Below are positions 50,923 to 59,514 of a stretch of 64,000 nucleotides of DNA, one piece after another. Position 1 is the stretch's first letter. Every line of letters begins with the position of its first letter. The notes beneath the pieces are model-generated. The model made no database searches. It was not told the DNA's origin and saw nothing but the letters and a program-made list of their open reading frames with translations. The stretch lies in the NCBI GenBank assembly GCA_965199825.1, contig OZ241329.1, positions 800,001 to 864,000 of the forward strand, given 5' to 3'. A program made the translations under genes and the position numbers. Source of the stretch: Bdellovibrionales bacterium. GTDB lineage: Bacteria > Bdellovibrionota > Bdellovibrionia > Bdellovibrionales > UBA1609.

Positions 50923-52029
50923 GTGATTATGAATGTAGGTCAACTTTTTATAATTGGGCTCTCTGGCAAGACTTTAACTCAACAGGAACAAAAATTTTTG
51001 ATCGAAAATGACATCGGCGGAGTCATTTTGTTTGATCGAAATATAGAAAGTCCCGAGCAGGTCCATGCCCTGTGCAGTGAAATCCAAAAACTAAGGCACA
51101 AGCAAGCAACCCAAGCTCCTTTATTTATATCAATCGATATGGAAGGTGGCCGCGTGATGCGCTTTAAGGCCCCCTTTACGAAGTGGCCGCCGCTCGCCAG
51201 GGTCGGAGACCTTGAGTCAACCTCGGTGGCATTTCGTTTTGCCAATGCGATGGGTGCTGAATTAAATGCGGTCGGTGTGAATCTTGATTTTGCTCCCTGT
51301 GTGGATGTGTTTTCAAACCCCAAAAATGCGATCATTGGCGATCGCTCTTTGAGTACCAATGCCGAAACTGTGGCAAAGCTCGCCTCGGCCCTTGTGCGGG
51401 GCTATATCAAATCGGCAGTGATTCCATGTGCAAAGCATTTTCCGGGTCACGGCAATACTCTTCTTGATAGTCATTTTGATTTGCCGGTGGAAGATATCGA
51501 CATGAAGCGACTTCAAGATGTTGAACTTGTTCCGTTTAAAAAAGTTTTTCGTTCCCAACTTGAAATGGTCATGACCGCACATATCAAATTCACAGCGATT
51601 GATCCCGAGTGGCCGATCACACTGTCAGAAAAAGCGATCAAGAATTTTTTGCGTAAAGATTTGCGCTACCGCAACATTGTGATTTCAGACGATCTCGACA
51701 TGAAGGCGTTAACCAAAAACTACGATAAAGAAAAAATTCCGGTCCAAGCCCTCAAAGCGGGTTGTGATATTTTACTTTATTGTAATGAACCCGACTCTCC
51801 GCCGCTTGGTCTTGAGATGATCGCAAAAGCACTCAAAGACAAAACTATCGATGAGGCTTCGATCACTGAAAGCTTAAAGCGTGTCGAAAAATTAAAGGCC
51901 CAACACATCACTGCGCCCGATCCGCTCGATTTCGAGCACGCAAAAAAAATGATCGGTCATCCCGATCATATTCGTTTAGCAAAAGCGATCGAAAACGGCA
52001 GCGTCCCTGCCGATCTCTTAATTACTTAG
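50923..52029 (+). CDS. nagZ: Beta-N-acetylhexosaminidase (GH3)
   Basis: GGVILFDRN, IDMEGGRV, DFAPCVD, KHFPGHG..LDSH, SDDLDM. Confidence 0.93.
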   Translation: MIMNVGQLFIIGLSGKTLTQQEQKFLIENDIGGVILFDRNIESPEQVHALCSEIQKLRHKQATQAPLFISIDMEGGRVMRFKAPFTKWPPLARVGDLESTSVAFRFANAMGAELNAVGVNLDFAPCVDVFSNPKNAIIGDRSLSTNAETVAKLASALVRGYIKSAVIPCAKHFPGHGNTLLDSHFDLPVEDIDMKRLQDVELVPFKKVFRSQLEMVMTAHIKFTAIDPEWPITLSEKAIKNFLRKDLRYRNIVISDDLDMKALTKNYDKEKIPVQALKAGCDILLYCNEPDSPPLGLEMIAKALKDKTIDEASITESLKRVEKLKAQHITAPDPLDFEHAKKMIGHPDHIRLAKAIENGSVPADLLIT

Positions 52030-52955
52030 TAGCAGCTATCGAGAGTGGTTGCGATGGTGACACCAGCACTTGTGAGATTTGCAGTCCCGCATCCGGTGAT
52101 CACCAACGTTTCAGACGTATTCACGAGCGCATTCGCAACCACATTGTTTGGAGTTGCACTGGTGGCCGCAAACGCAGTTGTAAGCGAACCCGAAACGGGG
52201 TTGCAGCAGCTGTCGTTGTAAACCACATTGGAAAAGGTGGTGGTTCCCTTAACTTTTGCCTTGTTATGCCAAACCGTAACCGCACCACTGACCGTGCGCG
52301 ACCCACTGGCCTCACTCACCGTCACGCTTCCATCGATCGAATGATCAAAAGATGTGGCGTAAAGACGTTGACGGACCATCACTCCGGTTCGCACTCCCGC
52401 ACCAGAAAATGTGACCTGTGATCCATATCCTGAATTAATATTTGTTGCGATCGTCGCAGACTGATAGTTCGAAAGATTAGCGCTGCTATGATCGATGGTC
52501 ACCATCTCGCCTTTAGCAGAAGTTCGTGTGCCCGATGAGGGTGAGCCGCTTGTGACAAACTGACGATTGAGGGTTGTCCCGATCACCGTCGGAAATGTGC
52601 CGCAGGTTAATGCCCCGGTGCCTAGAGAAATTCCTAAGGTGCCGGACCAAGTGGCCTGAGAACTTCCAAAACTACAATTGGAATAGGCAAGAATCGATAC
52701 ACCGCTCGTGTTGCTGCATCCTACACCCCCAGTTGTTCTTAAAGTCGGGCAAGCGGTTGAAGCAAAAGCAGATTCAATCAATTTGGGAAATGAATATCTG
52801 CTGGTTGTTCCGCTTGAGGAACTCGTATTCATCGCAGCTCCCACGGATGAAGCCGCAGCTCCGCTCGCTGTGACGTCGGTGATACTGGAACCACCCAACC
52901 CTGCCGTGCAACCAATAGAAACAGAAACTAGGACTAAACAAATTAAATTTTTCAT
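52026..52955 (-). CDS. Ser/Thr/Gly-rich lipoprotein
   Basis: Lipobox SIGC; Cys pairs and beta-rich repeats. Confidence 0.75.
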   Translation of the reverse strand: MKNLICLVLVSVSIGCTAGLGGSSITDVTASGAAASSVGAAMNTSSSSGTTSRYSFPKLIESAFASTACPTLRTTGGVGCSNTSGVSILAYSNCSFGSSQATWSGTLGISLGTGALTCGTFPTVIGTTLNRQFVTSGSPSSGTRTSAKGEMVTIDHSSANLSNYQSATIATNINSGYGSQVTFSGAGVRTGVMVRQRLYATSFDHSIDGSVTVSEASGSRTVSGAVTVWHNKAKVKGTTTFSNVVYNDSCCNPVSGSLTTAFAATSATPNNVVANALVNTSETLVITGCGTANLTSAGVTIATTLDSCY

Positions 52956-53141
52956 ATCGGTAGTTTTGCTCGGTTTTTATTTTTATTGAAGTCGAGATAT
53001 GAAGACTGGGACTTAGGTCTGCTTTATTCAGTGGTGATTGCTAGGCTCTGAGTTGTTGTATTTGTTTGATTTTGAAGCGGCAGCACGACTTGATTTTCGG
53101 CCAGTCTGTTTTGTGGACGAAGGTAGCGTCCGTGCATTGAT

Positions 53142-53684
53142 TTACCCTGCGGTTTTTTTAAAGAAATCCCGCCAATACTCTTTACAACTTTTCTCAAAAT
53201 GTTTGCGAGCGGCTTTTCCAAAGTGCGCTTGAATTAAATTTGCTTCTAAATAATCAAACATGCGAGTTACGTCTCGCCCTTTAGTGATGATGCGAGTGAA
53301 AAGAACCGAATCCCAAAAACGCCCGAACCTTTTTCCTTTTTTTGCACGAACAGTTATTCGTGCGATCACTCCCGCAACAACTCTAAAAAAAGTTTTAACC
53401 AGGGCACGGTCTTGAAACCGAATGATGAGGTGAAAATGGTTGCTCACATTGCTGTAAGCCGCAATACCTACCCCATACTTTTTAGCTTTAGAAAAAATTA
53501 AATTTTTATACTTGATCTGCATATCAAATTTTTTGAAACTTTGGTCACCCTTGGCATGCTGAGATTTAAGAATGACGTGGTGCAAACGCTTTTTGTCTAA
53601 CGGACGCACGGTTTTCCGACGACCTTTCATTTGTCCACCATATGATTTTTGTTTTGATAAATTAAAAAGTGGCAGCTGTTTCAT
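53142..53684 (-). mobile_element. Y1/HUH transposase (IS200/REP-associated tyrosine transposase-like)
   Basis: HHVILKS strand, HUH motif SNHFHL, RFW and DYLEAN catalytic Tyr; 180 aa; no tnpB next to it. Confidence 0.85.
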
Positions 53685-53730
53685 TTATGTAAACTATATC
53701 TATATATGTGAAAATGCAATAGAAACGCTG

Positions 53731-54167
53731 GAGTAATATCATTTTACTTGAGGAAAAAGTTGATTTCTTTCGTGCTCGATTCAATCCTAGGTTCGGTCAG
53801 GGCAATGTCATTTTCTTTGAGTAAATCTTTACTAAATTTATATTTTACTGCGCGATCCGAGGCTCGATCGAGGGCAATTTTATTTTGTTTAAATAAACCG
53901 TATTAACAATTTGATTTCTTCTTGCTCGATTCCTTTTCAGATTCGGTCAGGGCAATGTCATTTTTTTTAATAAAACTTTATTGAGTTTATTTCTGTCCTA
54001 ATGAAGCCAACGCCAGGCTCGGTCAGGGCAATGTCATTTTCTTTAAAGCGTTTTAACGAATCTAATCCCTTGTGCTCCTACCAATCATAGGCTCGGTGGG
54101 GCAATGTCATTTTGTTCAATCAATATCTATTTTCCTCACCATCATTTCGGTCGAAGTAATATCATTT
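53731..54167 (+). repeat. Direct-repeat field TCGGTCAGGGCAATGTCATTTT, ~75-bp period, upstream of the Y1 transposase
   Basis: Exact copies at 53793, 53943 and 54019; variants at 53864, 54093 and 54147; partial copy at 53731. Confidence 0.9.
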
Positions 54168-54370
54168 ATTTATAAAATCAGCGGAGTGTTTCTTAAACGA
54201 ATTCATCCACCACATAATAACAAATCTCCGAGGTGTTCGGATTTTGATCAAATCAAAACTAAAACAGATGAAGCCAATGAACTATAATCCGATCATTCTT
54301 AATGAAGTTGGGTTGTCTGAGGACTTCGCAATGATTTAGTATCGAGCTGTACATTCGGTTTTGGTCGAAA

Positions 54371-54526
54371 TTAAAGATTAAATTGTTGCGCTGCTTTCTT
54401 AAAAAACTGATCTCCACATTGATCGGCCAGCGACTGAGTTAGAGCAAAAGCAAGTTCACATCCTGCGACTCCAAACCAAACGAGCCGACACCATTCCCTC
54501 AACCAAACAAAAATTGTCACCACCAA
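54371..54526 (-). CDS. Possible small hypothetical protein (51 aa)
   Basis: RBS CAGGAG before TTG at 54526, inside the tracked ORF 54371-54616; no recognisable motif. Confidence 0.3.
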   Translation of the reverse strand: MVVTIFVWLREWCRLVWFGVAGCELAFALTQSLADQCGDQFFKKAAQQFNL

Positions 54527-54604
54527 GTAATTTCTCCTGCTGATCTCAATTGTGCCCCCAAACTTGTGCGGTCTTGGGTTTGCTGAATACAGCATCGAAA
54601 GAGG

Positions 54605-55390
54605 TTGCCCATGCAAACACGTTCATTTGGTTCGATCATAATTTCGATTTTGCTTCATGCCGGATTATTCTTAAGCTTGGTCTTTGCTGGTGAACGCGTG
54701 ACTGCGCCAAAGATTGAAAGCCCCGTAGAAATGTCGACGGCTGCACCGGAAGGTCCAAAGACTTCTGACACTCCGGCACCTCAGCCTCAAGCACCGGTTG
54801 CCGCAGCTCCAACACCACAGCCGCAACCCTCTTCACAAAAAATTGCTAAAGTGAAATCGGTTGCCGCACCCAAAGTCGCAGTCAAATCTGCAGATGCCGA
54901 AACCGAAGCAACACCTGGAGTTGAAATTGAATCCGAACCCGCAGACTCGGTGGAATCTGCAGTTACAGCGCCTTCAGTCGTTGCTGCTCCTGCTATCGTT
55001 GCGGCCCCTGCAGCCGGAATTTCTGAAAGCGAACCCCTCGATAAAGCCGAGCCCTCAGGTGGCGGTAATGGCGGAGTGGGACGCTCATATTTGGATCTTA
55101 AACAACAGCCCGGAAATAGACCGCCTCAGTATCCTTCAGAGGCCCGCCTTGAAAAACGTCAGGGCCAAGTGCAGTTGGCTTATTATGTCACTGCAGAAGG
55201 AACGGTTCGCGATGTTAAAATTTTGAAATCATCAGGATTTGCCGACTTAGATCAACAGGCCGCATCGGCAGTTGAGAAATACAAGTATGTACCTGGACAA
55301 GAAGGTTGGGCCGAACACCCAGTGAATTTCACTTTAAAAGGACCTGCAGAAGCAGCGCCCTCAAGACTTCGCACCAGCCAGAACAATTAG
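54605..55390 (+). CDS. TonB family energy transducer
   Basis: N-terminal TM with SILLH, Pro/Ala-rich spacer, C-terminal PQYPSEAR..QGQV...V.AEG.V..V.ILKSSG..LDQQA domain. Confidence 0.88.
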   Translation: MPMQTRSFGSIIISILLHAGLFLSLVFAGERVTAPKIESPVEMSTAAPEGPKTSDTPAPQPQAPVAAAPTPQPQPSSQKIAKVKSVAAPKVAVKSADAETEATPGVEIESEPADSVESAVTAPSVVAAPAIVAAPAAGISESEPLDKAEPSGGGNGGVGRSYLDLKQQPGNRPPQYPSEARLEKRQGQVQLAYYVTAEGTVRDVKILKSSGFADLDQQAASAVEKYKYVPGQEGWAEHPVNFTLKGPAEAAPSRLRTSQNN

Positions 55391-55524
55391 TTTTGAGTGT
55401 CGCCAAAAAGTTCGGCTGCGGTTTTTGTTGTCCCTTTAGTGCGCAGTGAAGCTTTGCGTTTTGTTCCTTGGTTTGAAACTTTGCGCTTGCGGATGTGTTC
55501 GGTTCTTTGAGTTTTTGAAGCCAT
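55387..55524 (-). CDS. Small basic protein (45 aa), below the ORF-track cutoff
   Basis: Manual translation MASKTQRTEHIRKRKVSNQGTKRKASLRTKGTTKTAAELFGDTQN*; RBS AAGGGAG just upstream; fills the gap between two genes. Confidence 0.75.
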   Translation of the reverse strand: MASKTQRTEHIRKRKVSNQGTKRKASLRTKGTTKTAAELFGDTQN

Positions 55525-55553
55525 GACTTCTCCCTTGAAAAGACCTTCTGGTA

Positions 55554-56384
55554 TCAAAACAGAAGGCGCAAGTCAACGCTATGCATTCCTGATCCAGCCC
55601 GGTTGGCGTCTTTCTCGTAAGCATAATCCAGTTTCAATCTTGGGCCATTAAAACCCAAACCCAACGTCAACGTTGTTGAGTCGTCTTGGCGAGCTCCCAA
55701 ACGGATAATCGTCATGGGTGTTGATGCGGTCTCGAACCCACCTTTGACAGCAAGGCGCTGATTTCCAACCTCTTCGTAGTGCGAAAGTACATCCAGTCGT
55801 GCACGCAAAAAATCAAGAAACAAATAGTGCAGCCCTAAACCCAAAGTTGGTTGAAGTCTAAAATCAATCGGGATCACCGTTGATGGATGAACAAAATAAG
55901 CGGCGGTGAATCCAATGGCAAAATCGGGTGTGGGATTGTACAACAACCCGAACACACCATTCCACTGGGTTTGCTCACCGGCCACCGAAAAAATCTTTTG
56001 GCTTAACCGCACACCGGCGATGCCCACCGAAAAATTTTGACCCGCAAATTCGGCAATACTAAATTGCAAAAATTGTTCATCTGCCGGTACACCCTTGTTC
56101 CGCGATGAACGAAGGAATGTTATCGCTCCCGGAAAATAAGTCTGAGGATCGTTATTGGTGATCGAGATGCCGTAAGTTTTTTGCTGATCCGTTTCAACAT
56201 AGCCCCCATTGCGAAAAACCAAACTGGCTTCGATGGGCTGCCCGTGAACCAACACCGCAGGATTTAAGAGATGCCCCTCGCCTGATTCAACTGCTCCAAG
56301 ACTCGCACCTCCCATACCTGAGGCGATGGGACCCGTAAAATATTGGGCACAACAAAAGTGAATTGAGAGAAGCCATAAAATCAT
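55554..56384 (-). CDS. Putative outer-membrane beta-barrel protein
   Basis: Signal peptide, GMGGA...NPA N-terminal motif (FadL/PorV-like), alternating beta strands, C-terminal Phe. Confidence 0.7.
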   Translation of the reverse strand: MILWLLSIHFCCAQYFTGPIASGMGGASLGAVESGEGHLLNPAVLVHGQPIEASLVFRNGGYVETDQQKTYGISITNNDPQTYFPGAITFLRSSRNKGVPADEQFLQFSIAEFAGQNFSVGIAGVRLSQKIFSVAGEQTQWNGVFGLLYNPTPDFAIGFTAAYFVHPSTVIPIDFRLQPTLGLGLHYLFLDFLRARLDVLSHYEEVGNQRLAVKGGFETASTPMTIIRLGARQDDSTTLTLGLGFNGPRLKLDYAYEKDANRAGSGMHSVDLRLLF

Positions 56385-56415
56385 TGGCCAAAGCTAATGA
56401 GGTAAATTTAAAAAA

Positions 56416-57738
56416 TCAATTGCTGCTTTGGTTGCGAGTACAAATTGAAGCATAGTGAGGGCACATGCCGTTTGTTGTATTGGGACACGCTGAGTAGGAA
56501 TTGCTCTGCGTTCTTCGATTGTAATTCACCGGAAGATTTCCGGCTGCAGTTGCTGGCAAAGGACCATAACAGGCGTCGTTATTTGTGCCCAAGTTAAGTG
56601 TGGGCTTTGGAACAATACACTGATCGGTCAAGTTGACGTACCAGTCTTCGGCACGAAGAATGTTTCTTACTTTTCTCATTTGGGCGACAAATGCTGTGTT
56701 GGTAGATGCGCCTGCTGCTGTTTGTGCCGCACTTATTGATTGTGTATCCGTCTGAGCATTACAAGGAATGTTATTGCCATTAGTCGAAAAGTTTGTGGCG
56801 ACGTCGTCTGCACGCACGATCATAAATCGATCTTTTGGATCACAAGTCCAACCCGAAACGGTGGACCCGCCGGTGGATCCGGTTGCCAAATCCACCTCGG
56901 TAATATGATCAATCACCCGTGGATCTGCAGATGTGTAATTGCCAAGATCCAAAGTAAAGGCCATGTTGTATCCCTTGCCGTAGGCGCGACTCGCCGGAGC
57001 ATACACAACCGGCGACACTCCCACAGCACTCACAACTGGAGCTTGAGCCGCATAAGGCTGGGTGATCAACGCATTGGTGTAGGTCAACGTAAGGTAGGCG
57101 CCGTTGTTCATTTGGGTGCGCACAAGGCTCGCGATGTTTTCATTTTCGGTGTAATAAAGGCTGCCTTCGAGCAATCGACCTTGCAGGCCCGGAATGCCAG
57201 AAAAATATCCCACACGACTACTTGCTGTGGGCATATTTGCTAAGCGTTGCACGATTGCTTGTGTATCAAGAGTGTCGAGGAGATTCACATACTCTTGTCC
57301 AAGAGTTCCACTGCCTCCACTGGGCACGATCAATCCGCCTTGCACATCGCTTGAGGTTCGCATCGAAAATTGAATGGATGTCGAAATCATTTGCTGCATT
57401 TTTGAGAGTGCGGTCACTCGTGAAGTGATGGGTAACGGATTTAAAGTGGTGAACATCGCTTGAGTTAAACCAAGACCCGCTTGTCCATTTGGCGAAGTGA
57501 GCGCCGTATTATAAGCGCCACCACGAAATGAAAATACCGCGCGCTTTAAACTATTTGCTGGAGTGGCAGAGCAAGACATGTAAGCAAGAGTGTCAAACGA
57601 TGTTTCCACCGGAAACACGTTACTTTGTGTGGTGCTCAAAAAAGTGCTGTCGCCGTAATTGAGCGGCTGCGCACAATTTTGAAATATGAATGTCAGTGCT
57701 AATCCAAGCACACTGAAAACAAGAATTCTTCTCAACAC
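56416..57738 (-). CDS. Secreted lipoprotein (FQNC-type signal)
   Basis: LTFIFQNC lipobox-like signal; S/T/N-rich, Cys-containing body. Confidence 0.75.
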   Translation of the reverse strand: MLRRILVFSVLGLALTFIFQNCAQPLNYGDSTFLSTTQSNVFPVETSFDTLAYMSCSATPANSLKRAVFSFRGGAYNTALTSPNGQAGLGLTQAMFTTLNPLPITSRVTALSKMQQMISTSIQFSMRTSSDVQGGLIVPSGGSGTLGQEYVNLLDTLDTQAIVQRLANMPTASSRVGYFSGIPGLQGRLLEGSLYYTENENIASLVRTQMNNGAYLTLTYTNALITQPYAAQAPVVSAVGVSPVVYAPASRAYGKGYNMAFTLDLGNYTSADPRVIDHITEVDLATGSTGGSTVSGWTCDPKDRFMIVRADDVATNFSTNGNNIPCNAQTDTQSISAAQTAAGASTNTAFVAQMRKVRNILRAEDWYVNLTDQCIVPKPTLNLGTNNDACYGPLPATAAGNLPVNYNRRTQSNSYSACPNTTNGMCPHYASICTRNQSSN

Positions 57739-57832
57739 TTCCTACCCGTCTTTCGTCGGTCCCTTATTAATACGTATCGGAATTTGGCAAGAAAGTTTGA
57801 GCCCGATGTTTTTTTATGTTTTTGTTGGTGGC

Positions 57833-58708
57833 ATGAGAATTAAAAAAGCAATTATCCCGGTTGCAGGCCTTGGCACACGCTTCTTGCCTGCAACCAAATC
57901 GGTTCCTAAAGAGCTTTTACCCATCGTTGATCGTCCTCTTTTGCTCTGGAATGTCGATGAGATTATTGCTTCGGGCATTGAGGATATTATTCTCATTATG
58001 GGACGCGGTAAGACCGCAATCGAAGATCTCTTTGATACCTCCTACGAGCTTGAAGATCTTTTATATAAAAGCGGAAAATTCCAGCAGCTTGAGGATTTAA
58101 AACGCATTCGCAATAGTTGTAATATTATTAGCGTGCGCCAAAAGCAGGCGCTCGGCCTTGGGCATGCGGTCTACACCGCACGTCCTGTGGTTGGAAATGA
58201 GCCCTTTGCGTTGCTGTTGGGCGATGAATTGATGCTGCAAGAGCCCGCACCGGCCACAAAAATTCTTGCAGAAATTTATGAGGCTCACGATGTTTCATCG
58301 GTTGCGGTGATTGAAGTTTCTGAAGAGGAAGTGGATAAGTACGGAATCATCGAAGTTGATCACACAAAAGATGGGATTATTCGGGTGAAGTCCGTGATAG
58401 AAAAACCAAAGGCTTCAGAGGCTCCTTCGCATTTAGCACTTTCGGGCCGCTATGTTTTTTCGTCTGATATTTTTGCGGCGCTTGAAAATATTAAACCGGG
58501 CAAAAATGGCGAGATTCAATTGAGTGATGCGATGTCAACCATTGCCCAAACTCAAGGATTGGTTGCCACTGTACTTAAAAACGAAAGATTTGATGCCGGA
58601 GATAAGCTCGGATTTTTAAAAGCCAACGTGATGATGGGGATGAAGCATCCAGAAGTGGGTGCCGACTTCAAAAAATTTATTAAAGAACTCTGTCAGGGAG
58701 AATTTTGA
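57833..58708 (+). CDS. galU: UTP--glucose-1-phosphate uridylyltransferase
   Basis: KKAIIPVAGLGTRFLPATKSVPKELLPIVD, RQKQALGLGHAV, EKP, GEIQLSDA; start at ATG 57833. Confidence 0.95.
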   Translation: MRIKKAIIPVAGLGTRFLPATKSVPKELLPIVDRPLLLWNVDEIIASGIEDIILIMGRGKTAIEDLFDTSYELEDLLYKSGKFQQLEDLKRIRNSCNIISVRQKQALGLGHAVYTARPVVGNEPFALLLGDELMLQEPAPATKILAEIYEAHDVSSVAVIEVSEEEVDKYGIIEVDHTKDGIIRVKSVIEKPKASEAPSHLALSGRYVFSSDIFAALENIKPGKNGEIQLSDAMSTIAQTQGLVATVLKNERFDAGDKLGFLKANVMMGMKHPEVGADFKKFIKELCQGEF

Positions 58709-59514
58709 TGCTGTTTTATTTTTTATTTTCGCTTCAGGCTTTTGCAATCCCTGAACTCAAAACCATTTTGTCTCGCACCGCCGAAAATCATGGGCGTGGG
58801 CTTTATTCGGTTGAGCAAGAAGTGCATTTTGCGGGCGACTCTGTGGTTAAAGAAACTTGGTTGATCAAAGACGAAAACACCATGCGCTTGCAATTTGAAG
58901 GTGTGGGAAGCTTAAAAAATTCGGTGCAAGGAACAATCATTTATGATGGTGGCCGAAAATATTTTTTGGATGAATCAGGACTGAAGCAAACTCGAACGTC
59001 CGATAGTTTTTTTGAACCGTTTTTTCATTTTCGATTTAGCAAAAACTTTCGAGCAAAAATGCTCTCAACAAAAGTTTTTAATTCTGAACTCGCAAAAGAC
59101 CGCCCCGCTTTTATAAAAGGAATTTCAAACTACACTCCACCGCCTTATGTGCGCTTGAGCCGATCCGGCGGCGTGGTCACTTACGCCATTGGGCAACCCA
59201 GTGAACCAGATTCCAAACCACGACCCGGAGTGTGGATTGAGCAAGATCAATTTTTGATTCGTAAAGTTCGCACCGCCGATCAGATGGTGGTGAGTGCAGA
59301 TCAGTATCAAAACTACGCTGCAAATCTGTGGCTGCCCAAATCTCGATTGGTGTCATGGGGACCAAACACGGTGCAGATCCAAATCTTGGATGTTCGAAGT
59401 CTTGGCAAAGGATCACCCGATCAACTGGCCAAATTTCATAATAAATCTTTGAATGGAATAACAAAAACCGCTGGAGCCGAAAGCTTGCACGATTTTTATG
59501 CGCACTATCGATGA
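58705..59514 (+). CDS. Secreted hypothetical protein (LolA-like fold possible)
   Basis: Signal peptide ending AFA; VWIEQDQFLIRKV pattern; overlaps galU and priA. Confidence 0.6.
   Translation: MMLFYFLFSLQAFAIPELKTILSRTAENHGRGLYSVEQEVHFAGDSVVKETWLIKDENTMRLQFEGVGSLKNSVQGTIIYDGGRKYFLDESGLKQTRTSDSFFEPFFHFRFSKNFRAKMLSTKVFNSELAKDRPAFIKGISNYTPPPYVRLSRSGGVVTYAIGQPSEPDSKPRPGVWIEQDQFLIRKVRTADQMVVSADQYQNYAANLWLPKSRLVSWGPNTVQIQILDVRSLGKGSPDQLAKFHNKSLNGITKTAGAESLHDFYAHYR

Noticed and set aside
53731..54167. CRISPR array call for the ~75-bp-period repeats
   Set aside because: Repeats are degenerate, the spacers are related to each other through a ~150-bp duplication, and there are no cas genes. Reported as a repeat field instead.
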